Notes under the pieces: generated by a model | Database searches by the model: none | Seen by the model: only the letters and a program-made list of their open reading frames with translations | What the model was told of the DNA's origin: nothing | Shown: piece after piece, positions 18,454-28,742 of the stretch | Position numbering within the stretch: position 1 is the first letter of the stretch | Layout: every line of letters begins with the position of its first letter | From: a virus | Direction: 5' to 3' (one strand) | DNA: 64,000 nt | IMG/VR virus record: IMGVR_UViG_3300028920_000045 | Coordinates: 43,750-107,749 of that record | Program-made: the position numbers and the translations under genes

Positions 18454-19903
18454 CGCCCGCACTGTGATCGAGGGAGTCGAGAAGTCGCTTCTCCGGGACC
18501 TCGACGAGATAACCTCGTACAAGATCGATGGAGCCCACTTCTCTCCGTCGTTCCGTCAACGACGGTGGGACGGGAAGACTCACCTCTTGAGGTACTCCCG
18601 TCGATTCGGACTCCGGTTGTACACGGGTCTCGTCCCGATAGCTGCTAGGTACCTCCGGAACCTCGGACACCGGGTCGAGGTGATCGACGAGAGACGACCT
18701 CTCAACCGAACCGTTGACACTCCCCTCCCGTGGCTCGACGACGAGTTCGTCCTCCGTCCCTACCAGGAGGATTCGGTTGAGGCCATCCTCTCGAAGAACC
18801 CCGACCTCCCCGGCCGAGGGATGGTCTCGTCGGCCGTCCGGTCTGGCAAGACCGTTATGGCCGGGGGGTTAATCCATCGGACCCAGGCGAGGGCTCTCTT
18901 CCTCGTACATCAGGAGAGGCAGTTCGATCAGACCTGGAGGTTGTACTCTCACCTCTTCGGCCGTGACCGTGTCGGGATGGTCGGGTCGGGGTACTGGGAA
19001 CCGAACGACGTGACCGTCGGGATGGTCCAGGCCCTCCACCCGAAGAGGAAGACGGCCGAGGTCAAGAGACTCCTCCAGTCCGTCGACGTCCTCGTCGTCG
19101 ACGAGTGTCACCACCTCAAGCAAGCCCAGACCTGGAAGGACCTGGTCCTCAAGTGTGACGCCCGGATCAAGGTCGGGATCTCGGCCACGATTTACCTCTC
19201 CAGGAAGAAGGAGTCCGAGAAGGCAACGGTCTGGCTCCAGGCCCTCACCGGTCCCCTCCTCTACACGATCTCGACGAAGAGGTTGATCAAGATGGGCGTC
19301 CTCGTCCCGGCGACGATCCGACTGGTCAAGGTCCAGGGACCAGACGTCGTCGACGTGGACTGGGACCAGGCCCAGAAGAAGGGGATCGTCCAGCACGATC
19401 AGAGAAACCGGATCATCGCCCGTATCGCCCAGAGGAGGGTGAGGAAGGGACGGAAGGTCCTGGTTATAGCCCGACGTCGTGAGCACATCGACCGACTGAT
19501 CTCCGAGTTCCAGGAGCACGACCTCGGTGACCTGGTCGTGAGGATCGACGGACGGACTCCGAAGGGGACCAGGACGAAGAGGGTCTCCCAGTTCGTCGAC
19601 GGATCAAAGCCTCTCTTGATCGGGTCCGTCTTCCAGGAGGCGGTCGACATCCCCCAGATCGAGGACGTGATCGTCGCGGACGGTGGGAAGGACAGGAAGG
19701 CCACGATCCAGAAACTCCGGAACCTCACCCCTCACAAGGGGAAGACTGATCGGGTCTACGTGTACGACATGATCGACTTGCACAACCCGACCTTGGCAGC
19801 TCACAGTCGGGCTCGGATCAGTGCCTATCGGTCCGAGGACTGTTTCGACTTCGAGGTGATCGACTGGTCGAAGAGAAAGACCAGGAAGAAGGGACGACGT
19901 TGA
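18431..19903 (+). CDS. Superfamily 2 DNA helicase (UvsW/XPB-like)
   Basis: LRPYQ, AVRSGKT, DECHH, SAT and EAVDIP motifs. Confidence 0.9.
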   Translation: MIRFRVGDARTVIEGVEKSLLRDLDEITSYKIDGAHFSPSFRQRRWDGKTHLLRYSRRFGLRLYTGLVPIAARYLRNLGHRVEVIDERRPLNRTVDTPLPWLDDEFVLRPYQEDSVEAILSKNPDLPGRGMVSSAVRSGKTVMAGGLIHRTQARALFLVHQERQFDQTWRLYSHLFGRDRVGMVGSGYWEPNDVTVGMVQALHPKRKTAEVKRLLQSVDVLVVDECHHLKQAQTWKDLVLKCDARIKVGISATIYLSRKKESEKATVWLQALTGPLLYTISTKRLIKMGVLVPATIRLVKVQGPDVVDVDWDQAQKKGIVQHDQRNRIIARIAQRRVRKGRKVLVIARRREHIDRLISEFQEHDLGDLVVRIDGRTPKGTRTKRVSQFVDGSKPLLIGSVFQEAVDIPQIEDVIVADGGKDRKATIQKLRNLTPHKGKTDRVYVYDMIDLHNPTLAAHSRARISAYRSEDCFDFEVIDWSKRKTRKKGRR

Positions 19904-19995
19904 CAGAGTAAGGTGTGACGTGCTAACGGTGGACACACTCCGGACCCGATCCCTAGCTGCACGGTCGAGACCGGGGTGTCCGATCCGAGGAGAAC

Positions 19996-21579
19996 GTGAG
20001 TAAGTCTTCTTCGCGTCGACAGACCCGGAAACGGGTCCCGGCCTCTCGTCCCCTGAAACGGGGTCGCGGTTCTCCCGAGAGGTCGGGGTCAGTGCAGCCC
20101 GGAGACGTCGCGCTCCCCGATAGGAGCGGGGGAACCGAGTCCTCGTCCGTCGGTTCCCCCGCTCCCCTCCCCACAAGTCTCCGACGGACGTCCATCGGAC
20201 TTCTCCTCGGGGACCTCTCCACTATGACCGACGACCCCGTCGGTCTCCTCCTCGCCGCGATCAAGGACCACGTCGGAGACCTGGCAGCTCGGGCCTTCGG
20301 CGTGGTCCTCCTCTCCACCTTCACCGGACGACAGGTCTCACGGCGGGACCTGGTCGACCTTGGTCTCTCTGTCCAGAATCTTCGGACCGCAAAGAAGAGA
20401 CTCCAGGAGTTCGGAGTCTTCTTCGAGTTCGCACGGGGGACGGAGAAGAGGACCGACTTCGTCGTCCGTGGATACGACCTCCTCTGGGACACGGCCGAAC
20501 GTATCCAGGCGAACGGACACTTCGACGATCTCCGGTCCGAAGTGCTCAAGATGATCGAGACCGACCTGGGTCCTGTGCCGATACCAAGCGGACCCTTTAG
20601 ACTGGGAGAAGACACAGTCAATCCGGCCTTTGTGTTAGGGGGCAACACAAAGGCCAACACAAAGGCGGGGACCAGTTCCTCAACGGGTGATTTTACCGAG
20701 ACAGGTTCTCCAGTCAATCCAGCCTTTGTGTTAGGGCCAGACGCCTTTGTGTTGGCCGACGGAACGACCGTGTCTCTGGACGTGGTCTTCGAGGACGTTA
20801 ACACAAAGGCTGGAATCACTAAACGAAAGTCTCGTCTAAAGGCCCTCCTCGTACGTACGGGTGAACGTACGTCCGGGTCGCGCGGAGATAGAACAGAGAA
20901 AGAAGAGAAGAGAGGGAGGAAGAGAAAGAAGAAGTCAAAGGAGAAGAGTCGGACGAAACCGCTCCCCGGTGGTCCTCGAAAGACATTCGTCGGTGACCCG
21001 GCCGAAGTCCGACGTCTTCTCTCCCTCCGTCGTCCGACCGGTCCTGACCAGAAGAGGAGGTCGGACCTCGTCCGGGTCCTGTCCGTCCGCTTCGACGGGG
21101 TGTACCGGAAGGCCTGGCGGAAGAAGGTCGGACGTCGACCGATGTCAGCTCGCCCGGGTGACTTCGAGACGGTCGCAATCTGGACGACCCTCCAGGGGAT
21201 CGACCCGGCCGAGTTCGTCGACTGGGTCACCGAGGAGTATTCGTTCACGGGTGAGGCCGTCGCCTCCGTCGGGATGATCAGGTCGAGGAAGGTCTGGGAC
21301 CGGTGGCTCTCGAAGCACCCGAAGAAGAGGACCAGGAAGAAGGGACACGCGGGGTTCTCGTACGACGAGGACCCGGACGAGGACGACCTCAAGTCCAGAC
21401 TCGTCCGGGCCGGTCTCGACGGAGCCGAGGACCTCGACGACAAGACCCTCGCCCGGATCGAGAGACTGTCTCGGGCCACGGTCAAGGCAGGGGGGAAGAT
21501 CCCGCACACCTCGAAGAGACTCCGACCGTTCGTCGAGTGGGCCTGGAAGAACGTGTACCGGAAGGAGAAGAAGAAGTGA
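19996..21579 (+). CDS. Replication initiator protein (lambda O-like organisation, internal iterons)
   Basis: HTH-like N-terminal region; internal 11-bp repeat cluster; directly upstream of DnaC-like and DnaB genes. Confidence 0.7.
   Translation: MSKSSSRRQTRKRVPASRPLKRGRGSPERSGSVQPGDVALPDRSGGTESSSVGSPAPLPTSLRRTSIGLLLGDLSTMTDDPVGLLLAAIKDHVGDLAARAFGVVLLSTFTGRQVSRRDLVDLGLSVQNLRTAKKRLQEFGVFFEFARGTEKRTDFVVRGYDLLWDTAERIQANGHFDDLRSEVLKMIETDLGPVPIPSGPFRLGEDTVNPAFVLGGNTKANTKAGTSSSTGDFTETGSPVNPAFVLGPDAFVLADGTTVSLDVVFEDVNTKAGITKRKSRLKALLVRTGERTSGSRGDRTEKEEKRGRKRKKKSKEKSRTKPLPGGPRKTFVGDPAEVRRLLSLRRPTGPDQKRRSDLVRVLSVRFDGVYRKAWRKKVGRRPMSARPGDFETVAIWTTLQGIDPAEFVDWVTEEYSFTGEAVASVGMIRSRKVWDRWLSKHPKKRTRKKGHAGFSYDEDPDEDDLKSRLVRAGLDGAEDLDDKTLARIERLSRATVKAGGKIPHTSKRLRPFVEWAWKNVYRKEKKK
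20615..20950. repeat. Putative replication origin: six GCCTTTGTGTT/AACACAAAGGC iterons plus purine tract
   Basis: Copies at 20626, 20722, 20743 (direct) and 20644, 20656, 20800 (inverted); locally lower GC; A/G tract about 20885-20950. Confidence 0.75.
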
Positions 21580-22361
21580 TCGACCTCCAGAGACTCGACC
21601 TCGAAATGACCGAGGCGAGGACGAAGATCGCGGACGGGTGTCCGAAGTGTGACGGGGTCGGGTGCCACGTCCCGGACGACGAGGACATCGACCCCGACAC
21701 CCTGGAACCGAAGGTCGTCCCCTGCGAGTGTGTCGTCCGACTCCGTCGAGAGATCTCCCTGATCGATGGGAACGTCCCCAGGGAGTTCCGTCGTCGACTC
21801 AAGAGACATTTTGATCTCTTCTCCGACGGACCGAACTCCGAGGTCGCGGACCTCCTCCGGGCGTACGTCTCGAAGTTCAAGGCAGCTCGTCGACACGGAC
21901 TCGGGTTCCTCTTCTCGGGCGAGAATGGGACGGGGAAGACACTCGCCTCGTCGTGGCTCTTGACCAGGGCCATCGCCCGGGGGTACTCGGTCTTCTACTC
22001 GACCGTAGAGGAGTGGCTCCAGGCCGTGACCCAGGGGTACCGGGACGAGGAGTTTGCGGAGTGGGTCGACTCGAAGAGGGACGTCGACTTCCTTGTCCTG
22101 GACGAACTCGGGAAGGAGCACCGGGCCAAGGGGTCCGACTTCGCACTGGCGCAAATTGATCGGTTGATCCGTTCCAGGTCCTCGGGTCTCCTCCCGACGG
22201 TCGTGGTCACGAACCTCGGGGTCGACGAACTGGAGGACGCCGTCGGGTCGTCCCTGGCTTCGATCCTCCGAGGTCGTCGATTCCGGACCGTCGAATTCGA
22301 GCCCGGTGATCACCGTGGGTCCGTTGACTGGGAGGAGTTACTCGAAGATGCCGAAGACTAG
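21576..22361 (+). CDS. DnaC/IstB-like helicase loader ATPase
   Basis: CPKC...CEC zinc site, GENGTGKT, FLVLDELGKE, VVVTNL. Confidence 0.9.
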   Translation: MIDLQRLDLEMTEARTKIADGCPKCDGVGCHVPDDEDIDPDTLEPKVVPCECVVRLRREISLIDGNVPREFRRRLKRHFDLFSDGPNSEVADLLRAYVSKFKAARRHGLGFLFSGENGTGKTLASSWLLTRAIARGYSVFYSTVEEWLQAVTQGYRDEEFAEWVDSKRDVDFLVLDELGKEHRAKGSDFALAQIDRLIRSRSSGLLPTVVVTNLGVDELEDAVGSSLASILRGRRFRTVEFEPGDHRGSVDWEELLEDAED

Positions 22362-23715
22362 ATTCGACGTCGACCTGGAGAGGTCGGTCCTGGCCCGATG
22401 TCTGGAGGACCCCACGTTCCTCCGAGAGACGGTCGAGGTCGCGGCGCACCACGACTTCTCGACCAAGCCCCATGCCTGGGTCTTCGCTCACCTGTCCCGT
22501 CACTACAGGAAGAGACGGGAGGTCATGAGTGGTCGGTCCCTGGTCGCCCGACTCCGGGCCGAGATTAGGGACTCGGACACCCGTGGTCTCCACGCAAAGG
22601 CCATCCGGGAGATCGTCGACACGAAACCCGTTGACGCTGGAGCCGCCCTCGACCTCCTCCGGGACTTCGTCCGGTTCCAGAGGATGCACTCGACCACGGT
22701 CACCGTCGTCGAGAAGCTAGAGAAGGGAGACCTCGACGGGGCCGAGGCCGAGTTCGTCCGACAGTCCAGGGAGAGAGTCGGTCGAGTGAGGTACGACTCC
22801 CTCGACTGGTACGGGTCCTTCGACGAACGAGTCGCGGACACCCTCCGGGAGATCAAGGAAGGGAAACGTCTCCGGATACGGACCGGGATCAGGAGCCTCG
22901 ACCGGATCATCCTCGGACAGCACATCGGGGAACTCGGGATGATCCTCGCCACGACCGGGAAGGGGAAGACCATCCTCCTCCTCAACTTCACCGTCGCCGC
23001 TGTCCTCCAGGGGTTCGGGGGGATCTTCTTCGCCCTGGAAATGCCAGCTCGACAGATCGCCCGACGACTGGACTCCCGCATCCTCAAGGTCCCGTACACT
23101 CACCTCCGTCAAATGAAGTTCTCGCACTCCGACTGGGTCGAGATCGAGGGGATGATCAGTCGGAGGGAGTCGACGTTCAAGGACAAGATCCAGATCGTGT
23201 CGGTCCCCGTGTCGAAGTGTACGACGTCCCTCCTGGAGTCGATCATCGAAGAGAGGCGGGCCGATGGTCACCCGGTCGACTTCGTTATGTTTGACTCACT
23301 CGACCACGTCAAGTCGGACGTCCGTCGACGGTACGAGCAGAAGAGACACGAAGCCTCCGACGTGTACTGGTGGGCCAAGGGTCTTGCGATGGGTTCGGAG
23401 TCAACTCCTGGGTTTGCATCCTGGACGACCTGTCACGCCGGTCGGGAGTGGAGGTACCGTATCGCCACGCCCGAGGCGACCTCGGAGTCGTACGACAAGT
23501 CGAGGATCGTGGACGTCGCCCTCTCGGTGAACCAGACCAGGGCCGAGGAGAAGGCCGGAATCCTGACCGGGTATCTGGCGAAGTACCGGGACGGACCGTC
23601 CTGGGTCCGTATCCCGATGTCGACGAATTATCAGCTCATGACGTACCGGGAACTCCGGGAGTCCGAACGAGCGGCGATCATGGGAGAAGACGAAGAGGAG
23701 GAAGACGCGGCATGA
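22348..23715 (+). CDS. dnaB: Replicative DNA helicase (DnaB-like)
   Basis: TGIRSLD, ATTGKGKT, FALEM and AKYRDG motifs. Confidence 0.9.
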   Translation: MPKTRFDVDLERSVLARCLEDPTFLRETVEVAAHHDFSTKPHAWVFAHLSRHYRKRREVMSGRSLVARLRAEIRDSDTRGLHAKAIREIVDTKPVDAGAALDLLRDFVRFQRMHSTTVTVVEKLEKGDLDGAEAEFVRQSRERVGRVRYDSLDWYGSFDERVADTLREIKEGKRLRIRTGIRSLDRIILGQHIGELGMILATTGKGKTILLLNFTVAAVLQGFGGIFFALEMPARQIARRLDSRILKVPYTHLRQMKFSHSDWVEIEGMISRRESTFKDKIQIVSVPVSKCTTSLLESIIEERRADGHPVDFVMFDSLDHVKSDVRRRYEQKRHEASDVYWWAKGLAMGSESTPGFASWTTCHAGREWRYRIATPEATSESYDKSRIVDVALSVNQTRAEEKAGILTGYLAKYRDGPSWVRIPMSTNYQLMTYRELRESERAAIMGEDEEEEDAA

Positions 23716-24149
23716 AGAAGAAGACGAAGAGGGACGGGGTCGAGGTCCTGTACGAGTACTCCCAGGAGAAAAGGGTCTGCGTCTTCTGTCCGAAGATGGA
23801 AGGAGGGGTTCCGGCCGTCGCGGAGAGAGTCGTCCAGGATCACCCCGGGTCGACTCACGCTGACCTGGTCAAGCAAGGAGGCCCGGACGAGAATCGCTGG
23901 TTTGAATTCCGGGTCGTGTATCCGGTCCCCGAACGGGGGCAGGATCTTGACCTGGCCCCAGACGGGGACCCGTGCGCGGTGTACTTCGACTGCCAGTCGC
24001 CGGGTCACGATCAGGACAAGTCGTACACTCGGATGCGGATTGTCCCGAGGTCTTCGACGGTCGACGACCTGGTCGGTGTCGCACTCTCCGTTATGAATGA
24101 CCCGAAGACGGATCGACTCGCCGTGATCCGAATCGAGATCCAGGACTAG
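23712..24149 (+). CDS. Hypothetical protein
   Basis: ATG overlaps dnaB stop; fills the gap to primase. Confidence 0.55.
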   Translation: MKKKTKRDGVEVLYEYSQEKRVCVFCPKMEGGVPAVAERVVQDHPGSTHADLVKQGGPDENRWFEFRVVYPVPERGQDLDLAPDGDPCAVYFDCQSPGHDQDKSYTRMRIVPRSSTVDDLVGVALSVMNDPKTDRLAVIRIEIQD

Positions 24150-24153
24150 GCCG

Positions 24154-25140
24154 GTGAGGGTCGACTTCGAGGAGCACCTCTCGACCCTGTCGGAGACTCG
24201 TATCCGGGGAGGGAAGTCCGGTCCTCAAGTCCTGGTCCGTGACTGTCCCCTCTGTGGCGACGACGGGTGGCACCTCTACGTCAACGCTCGCACCGGGTAC
24301 TGGAAGTGCTTTAAGTGCTCCCAGTCGGGGTCGTACCTCCGACTCGGAGCGGCCTTCTCCGGGATACCCGTACATGAGGCAGCTCGGAGTCTCCGGGGTC
24401 TTCCTCGTCGTCGGGCTCCGGGGTACTCGTCCCTGGAGAAGATCAAGGAACGACTTGACGCTCTGACCTGGGACCACCTCCTCCCTCCCCCGGAGATCGA
24501 CGTCCCTCTTCCGGCCGAGTTCCTCGGGTGTCGAGTCGAGGGAGGGTGGAGGGTACCTCGACCGGTGAAGAAGAGAGGATTCCGTCGGTCGACCTTGGCC
24601 GAGTTCGGTCTGGGGTTCTGTCTCCTGGGGAAGTACCGGAACCGGATCGTCGTCCCTATCGTGACCGGGACGAGTCACGCCTTCCAGTCTAGGGCGTTCA
24701 CGAAGGGTCAGGACCCGAAGTACCTCTCCCCGTCGGTGGACATGAGTCGACTCCTTTTCGGGGAACCGTGGCTCGGTCCTCGGGAGAGGTTCGTCGTCGT
24801 GGTCGAGGGAGTCTTCGACGCACTCCGTCTCTGGGAGTACGGACTCCCCGCCGTGTCGACCCTGGGGAAGACGGTCTCGGAACGACAAGCCGTCCTGATC
24901 GGTGAGAGGACGGAGAAGGTGATCCTCTTCTACGACTCGGACGACGACGGGATCTTCGGTCCTGTGTCAGAGGCAACCCGTATACTCTCGTCCGTCGTCC
25001 GAGAGGTCAAGGTCGCCTGGCCTCCGGAGGGGAAGGACCCGGACGAGTGTACGAGAGACGAGGTTGTCCAGTCGATCAAGGACTCCAGGAACGGGGCCGA
25101 CGTCTCGTCTGTTCTCGGACGTCGAGTCGGTCGACTATAA
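24154..25140 (+). CDS. DNA primase (zinc-binding plus TOPRIM)
   Basis: CPLC...CFKC, VVEGVFDAL, FYDSD and GKDPDE motifs. Confidence 0.92.
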   Translation: MRVDFEEHLSTLSETRIRGGKSGPQVLVRDCPLCGDDGWHLYVNARTGYWKCFKCSQSGSYLRLGAAFSGIPVHEAARSLRGLPRRRAPGYSSLEKIKERLDALTWDHLLPPPEIDVPLPAEFLGCRVEGGWRVPRPVKKRGFRRSTLAEFGLGFCLLGKYRNRIVVPIVTGTSHAFQSRAFTKGQDPKYLSPSVDMSRLLFGEPWLGPRERFVVVVEGVFDALRLWEYGLPAVSTLGKTVSERQAVLIGERTEKVILFYDSDDDGIFGPVSEATRILSSVVREVKVAWPPEGKDPDECTRDEVVQSIKDSRNGADVSSVLGRRVGRL

Positions 25141-25204
25141 GTCCCCTAGAAGTTTTTAGAGCGCAAACACGCGGGACCTCTACGGAACCCGCTACAATCC
25201 GGGG

Positions 25205-25233
25205 TTGACTTCCTTGTCTGCTTCGAGTATGAT
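25205..25233 (+). promoter_or_regulatory. Host sigma70-type promoter TTGACT-N17-TATGAT
   Basis: Near-consensus hexamers, 17-bp spacer, AT-rich upstream tract, RBS GGAGGA downstream. Confidence 0.75.
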
Positions 25234-25271
25234 CCCCGGCGAGAGTGGAGACCCGGACGGGGAGGAGACCA

Positions 25272-26507
25272 ATGCCTAGAGGACCAGTCGACAGAAACGG
25301 GAACCGACGGATCAAGTGTAAGGAGTGCGGGACCTGGCATCATGCCCTCGCCCCCCACCTCGGGAAAAAACACGGGATGTCCGTCGAGGAGTACATCGAC
25401 AAGCACCGGGACCCGGATTCCGGTGTCGCCCCCTTGACGATCTCCGAGTACGCCTCGAAGGAGATCGACAGGAACCGGAAGAAGAAGGGGAAGAGGGAGC
25501 GGCCGACGTCGAAGAAGAAGAACAAGGTCACCCGTCCCCCCGAGGTCCTCGACATCGGAGGATGGGAGGTCGAGATCAGACCGGACGACGACATCCCCGA
25601 CTCGGCCCGCGACGACATCCCCGTCCACGACGAGCACTGGGAGGTCGACGAGGACTTCTTCTCCCGAGTGGCCGAGGCGATCTTCCTGGACGAAGTCCTC
25701 ATGATCGTCGGTCCGACTGGAGGAGGGAAGACGTCCGGGGTCGGGGAGTTCGCCTCACTGGTCAATGCGCCCTGGGTTCGTATCCAGGGGGACAAGGAAA
25801 CCTCGGTCGGAAAACTCTTCGGGAAGACGAAGGTCGTGACCGACCCGGAGACGAAGAAGCGGGTCACGGTCTTCGTCGAGGGGATCATCCCCCGGGCTCT
25901 CCGTCTCGGGTACTTCATTGTGATCGACGAGGTCGACGGACTCGACGAGGACATCCGACTCGCCCTCCACGAAGTTCTCGAAAAGGACGCCCAGGGTCGA
26001 CGTCGGTGTACCCTGGAGACGAACCTCGACGACGAGGTCGCCCGGGTCGTCTGGGCTCACCCTCGGACCAGGTTCTTCCTCACGGGCAACAACCTCGGAT
26101 CGGATCTCATGGGTCTGTACGGGGGGACGGACTCGGCTCCGAACCTCGCTTTCCTCGACCGGTGTGAGAGAGTCAACGTGACGTACCCTCCGAAGGAGGT
26201 GATCTCGTCCATCGTTCACAATAAGTCGGGAGGTCTCGACGTTCGGTACTGTGATCTGATCGCCAACGCCGTACACGAGATCCTGGAGGCCCATGTCAAC
26301 GCGGGTTTGACCTGGGTCTTCTCGATCCGTCGGGCCGTCACTCTCGGGCTCAAGTTCAAGTTGTACGAGGAGAGGGGTCTCCCGAAGTCGGACGCGGTCC
26401 AGAGGGTGATCCTCGACAACGTCCCGACCCCCGACATTCGGAACGACGTCCGAGGGATCATACAGAGGGTCGGGCTTCCCGTTCCGACGGTGAGGGCGAC
26501 ACCGTGA
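25272..26507 (+). CDS. CobS/MoxR-like AAA+ ATPase with N-terminal Ros/MucR-like zinc finger
   Basis: CKECG...HLGKKHGMSVEEY; GPTGGGKT; IVIDEVD; TGN; AFLDR. Confidence 0.85.
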   Translation: MPRGPVDRNGNRRIKCKECGTWHHALAPHLGKKHGMSVEEYIDKHRDPDSGVAPLTISEYASKEIDRNRKKKGKRERPTSKKKNKVTRPPEVLDIGGWEVEIRPDDDIPDSARDDIPVHDEHWEVDEDFFSRVAEAIFLDEVLMIVGPTGGGKTSGVGEFASLVNAPWVRIQGDKETSVGKLFGKTKVVTDPETKKRVTVFVEGIIPRALRLGYFIVIDEVDGLDEDIRLALHEVLEKDAQGRRRCTLETNLDDEVARVVWAHPRTRFFLTGNNLGSDLMGLYGGTDSAPNLAFLDRCERVNVTYPPKEVISSIVHNKSGGLDVRYCDLIANAVHEILEAHVNAGLTWVFSIRRAVTLGLKFKLYEERGLPKSDAVQRVILDNVPTPDIRNDVRGIIQRVGLPVPTVRATP

Positions 26508-28699
26508 AGACGACCAGGACGAAGTCGAAGCCGATGGTCTCGGGGTACTTCGGGACCCTGGCCGTGGTCCTCTCCAGAGAACTCGGGGTGAAGGTCATTC
26601 CGTCCGACGGTGCCTGTTGCACCGATTGTCGTACGACCATCGCCCTCCCGATAGCTGCCGAGCACCTCCCCGACGACTCGGCCCGAATCCTCGACGGACT
26701 CCTCGACCATGAGTCCGGACATATCCGGTGCGTCAAACTCGACGAGGAACTCGGACGAGTTCCCATCGACAAGGTTGAGCCGCCGGGGACGTCTCCTCAA
26801 CTTCATACGATAATGAACGGGTTGATCGACGGTCGTGACCAGATCAAAATGACCCGACTGTACCCGGGTGTCTCGGAGAACTTCGATCACTCGTACCGGT
26901 GGGGACGGGACAGTCACCTCCGGAACGTCGAGGAGTACGAGAAGACCGGTAACCCGGCACTCGCCCCCTCCCTCTTCCGCAACGTGGTCTGCGTTCTGAC
27001 CTCGATCATGAGGGGGTACGATCCGAGTCCCTGGGGTGAGGAGGCGAACGACCTGGTCCGGACTCACCTGGCAGACGAGGTCAGGGACGGGCTCCGACTC
27101 GTCGACGAGTTCGGGTCACCCGAGGAGTTCTTCTCCCTCTCGAAGCGGGTCCTCTCGAAGCTGGGGGACCTGGCCGAAGAACCGCCGCCTCCTCCCCCCG
27201 GTCCGGGTGGGGAGGGCGATCCGACTCCGGGAGAGGACGACGACGGTGACCCGTCCGGTGGTCAGGGTGGCGAGGAGGACGAAGACGACGACCAGGACGG
27301 TGAGGGTGAGGGAGACGAGGACGAGGACGGAGACGCCCAGGGCGAAGGGGACGACGAGGACGAGGATGGTCCCCAGGACGACGGAGACGGCCCAGGAGAG
27401 ACGAACGGGGACGAGGACGAGGGCGAGGACGAGGGTGAGGGTGAGGACGGGTCCGGGTCTGGAGACGGCCAGGAGGACGACGAGGACGGCGACGACCAGG
27501 ACGGTGAGGGAGACGACGAGGTCGACGACGACCAGGACGGTGAGGGAGAGGGTGGGGGAGACGAGGACTCCGACTCCCGAGGTGGGGAGCCTTCGGACAA
27601 GTGCGAGGGTGAGGTTGACTCGGTCGATCCCGATTACGGTGACGGAGGAGGAGGGATCGGTCCCGCTCTCCGGACCGCCCTCAAGGAAGACCTCGAAGCC
27701 CTGGAGTGCGACGACGACCCGGTCGACGGAGCTGCCAGACGTCACCTCGACGAGCAGTGCAAGAGGTCCCTCGGTCGGGTCCATATCCCGCACCCCGTTG
27801 CCCTTGCCGCCGACCGGGTGTGCGACCCCCTGGAGTTCACCTCGGCAAGCCGACAGGAACTCCTCAAGCTCTACCACTCGATCAAGAACCAGGTCACTCC
27901 GGAGATCGGTCGACTCCGGTCTCAACTCCTCCGAGCCCTCAAGTGTCAGCAGGCGAAGAAGCTCCGGGTCGAGCAGGAGGACGGGGAGTCCCTCCACGAC
28001 GGGTCACTCTACAAACTGATCTCGGGTGGGGACGAGAGGGTCTTCCGGAAGAGACTCCCCGGACTCAACCTCGACACCGACCTCTCGATCCTCACCGACC
28101 AGTCTGGGTCGATGTCGGGAGGAGGGAAGATCGAGACGGCCCGGAAAGCCGTGATCGCCCTGACCGAGACCTGTGCGTCGATCAAGGTCCCGGTTGAGGT
28201 CCTCGGGTGGGACACGGGCGAGACCGTCGTCTATCCGAATCCACCGTACAACCGGGGCGAGAATCAGAGGTATCGAGTCTATAAGACCCACGACGAACCT
28301 CTCAACGACACGGTCCGGGCTCGCCTCGCGTCGATGGGTTCCGGTATCCAGAATTGCGACTCCGAGGCCGTTGCGTGGGCGGCTGACCGACTCCAGTTGA
28401 GGAGGTCGAAGAGGAAGGTCCTCCTCGTCCTGTCGGACGGACATCCCGCCTCGTCGACCGTCGACTCCGGAGTCGACGGAGTGAATATCCGACGGGTCGT
28501 CGACCGGGCCTTCGACGCCGGGATCGAGGTCGTGTCCATCGGGATCAAGACCGACGCACCGAGGTATTACTATCCGGTCTCGATTGTCCTCCACGACATC
28601 TCGGCTCTCTCGAAGACCTTGGTCGGAATCCTGGACGCCCTTCTTCGACAGGGGAAGAGGGTCGTCCGCAAGATGGACCGGACAGAACTGGGAGTGTAG
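26504..28699 (+). CDS. CobT-like VWA-domain protein (HExxH N-terminus, acidic linker, MIDAS)
   Basis: DHESGH; long D/E/G linker; DQSGSM; LVLSDGHP. Confidence 0.85.
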   Translation: MKTTRTKSKPMVSGYFGTLAVVLSRELGVKVIPSDGACCTDCRTTIALPIAAEHLPDDSARILDGLLDHESGHIRCVKLDEELGRVPIDKVEPPGTSPQLHTIMNGLIDGRDQIKMTRLYPGVSENFDHSYRWGRDSHLRNVEEYEKTGNPALAPSLFRNVVCVLTSIMRGYDPSPWGEEANDLVRTHLADEVRDGLRLVDEFGSPEEFFSLSKRVLSKLGDLAEEPPPPPPGPGGEGDPTPGEDDDGDPSGGQGGEEDEDDDQDGEGEGDEDEDGDAQGEGDDEDEDGPQDDGDGPGETNGDEDEGEDEGEGEDGSGSGDGQEDDEDGDDQDGEGDDEVDDDQDGEGEGGGDEDSDSRGGEPSDKCEGEVDSVDPDYGDGGGGIGPALRTALKEDLEALECDDDPVDGAARRHLDEQCKRSLGRVHIPHPVALAADRVCDPLEFTSASRQELLKLYHSIKNQVTPEIGRLRSQLLRALKCQQAKKLRVEQEDGESLHDGSLYKLISGGDERVFRKRLPGLNLDTDLSILTDQSGSMSGGGKIETARKAVIALTETCASIKVPVEVLGWDTGETVVYPNPPYNRGENQRYRVYKTHDEPLNDTVRARLASMGSGIQNCDSEAVAWAADRLQLRRSKRKVLLVLSDGHPASSTVDSGVDGVNIRRVVDRAFDAGIEVVSIGIKTDAPRYYYPVSIVLHDISALSKTLVGILDALLRQGKRVVRKMDRTELGV

Positions 28700-28742
28700 G
28701 AATGGACGGGGTCTCCTCTCTCTCTGCTTTCTCTCCCCGTCC

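Noticed and set aside
25272-28699. Cobalamin biosynthesis (cobST) as auxiliary metabolism
   Set aside because: No cobN or other cob genes in the window; phage AAA+/VWA pairs of this type are not shown to chelate cobalt
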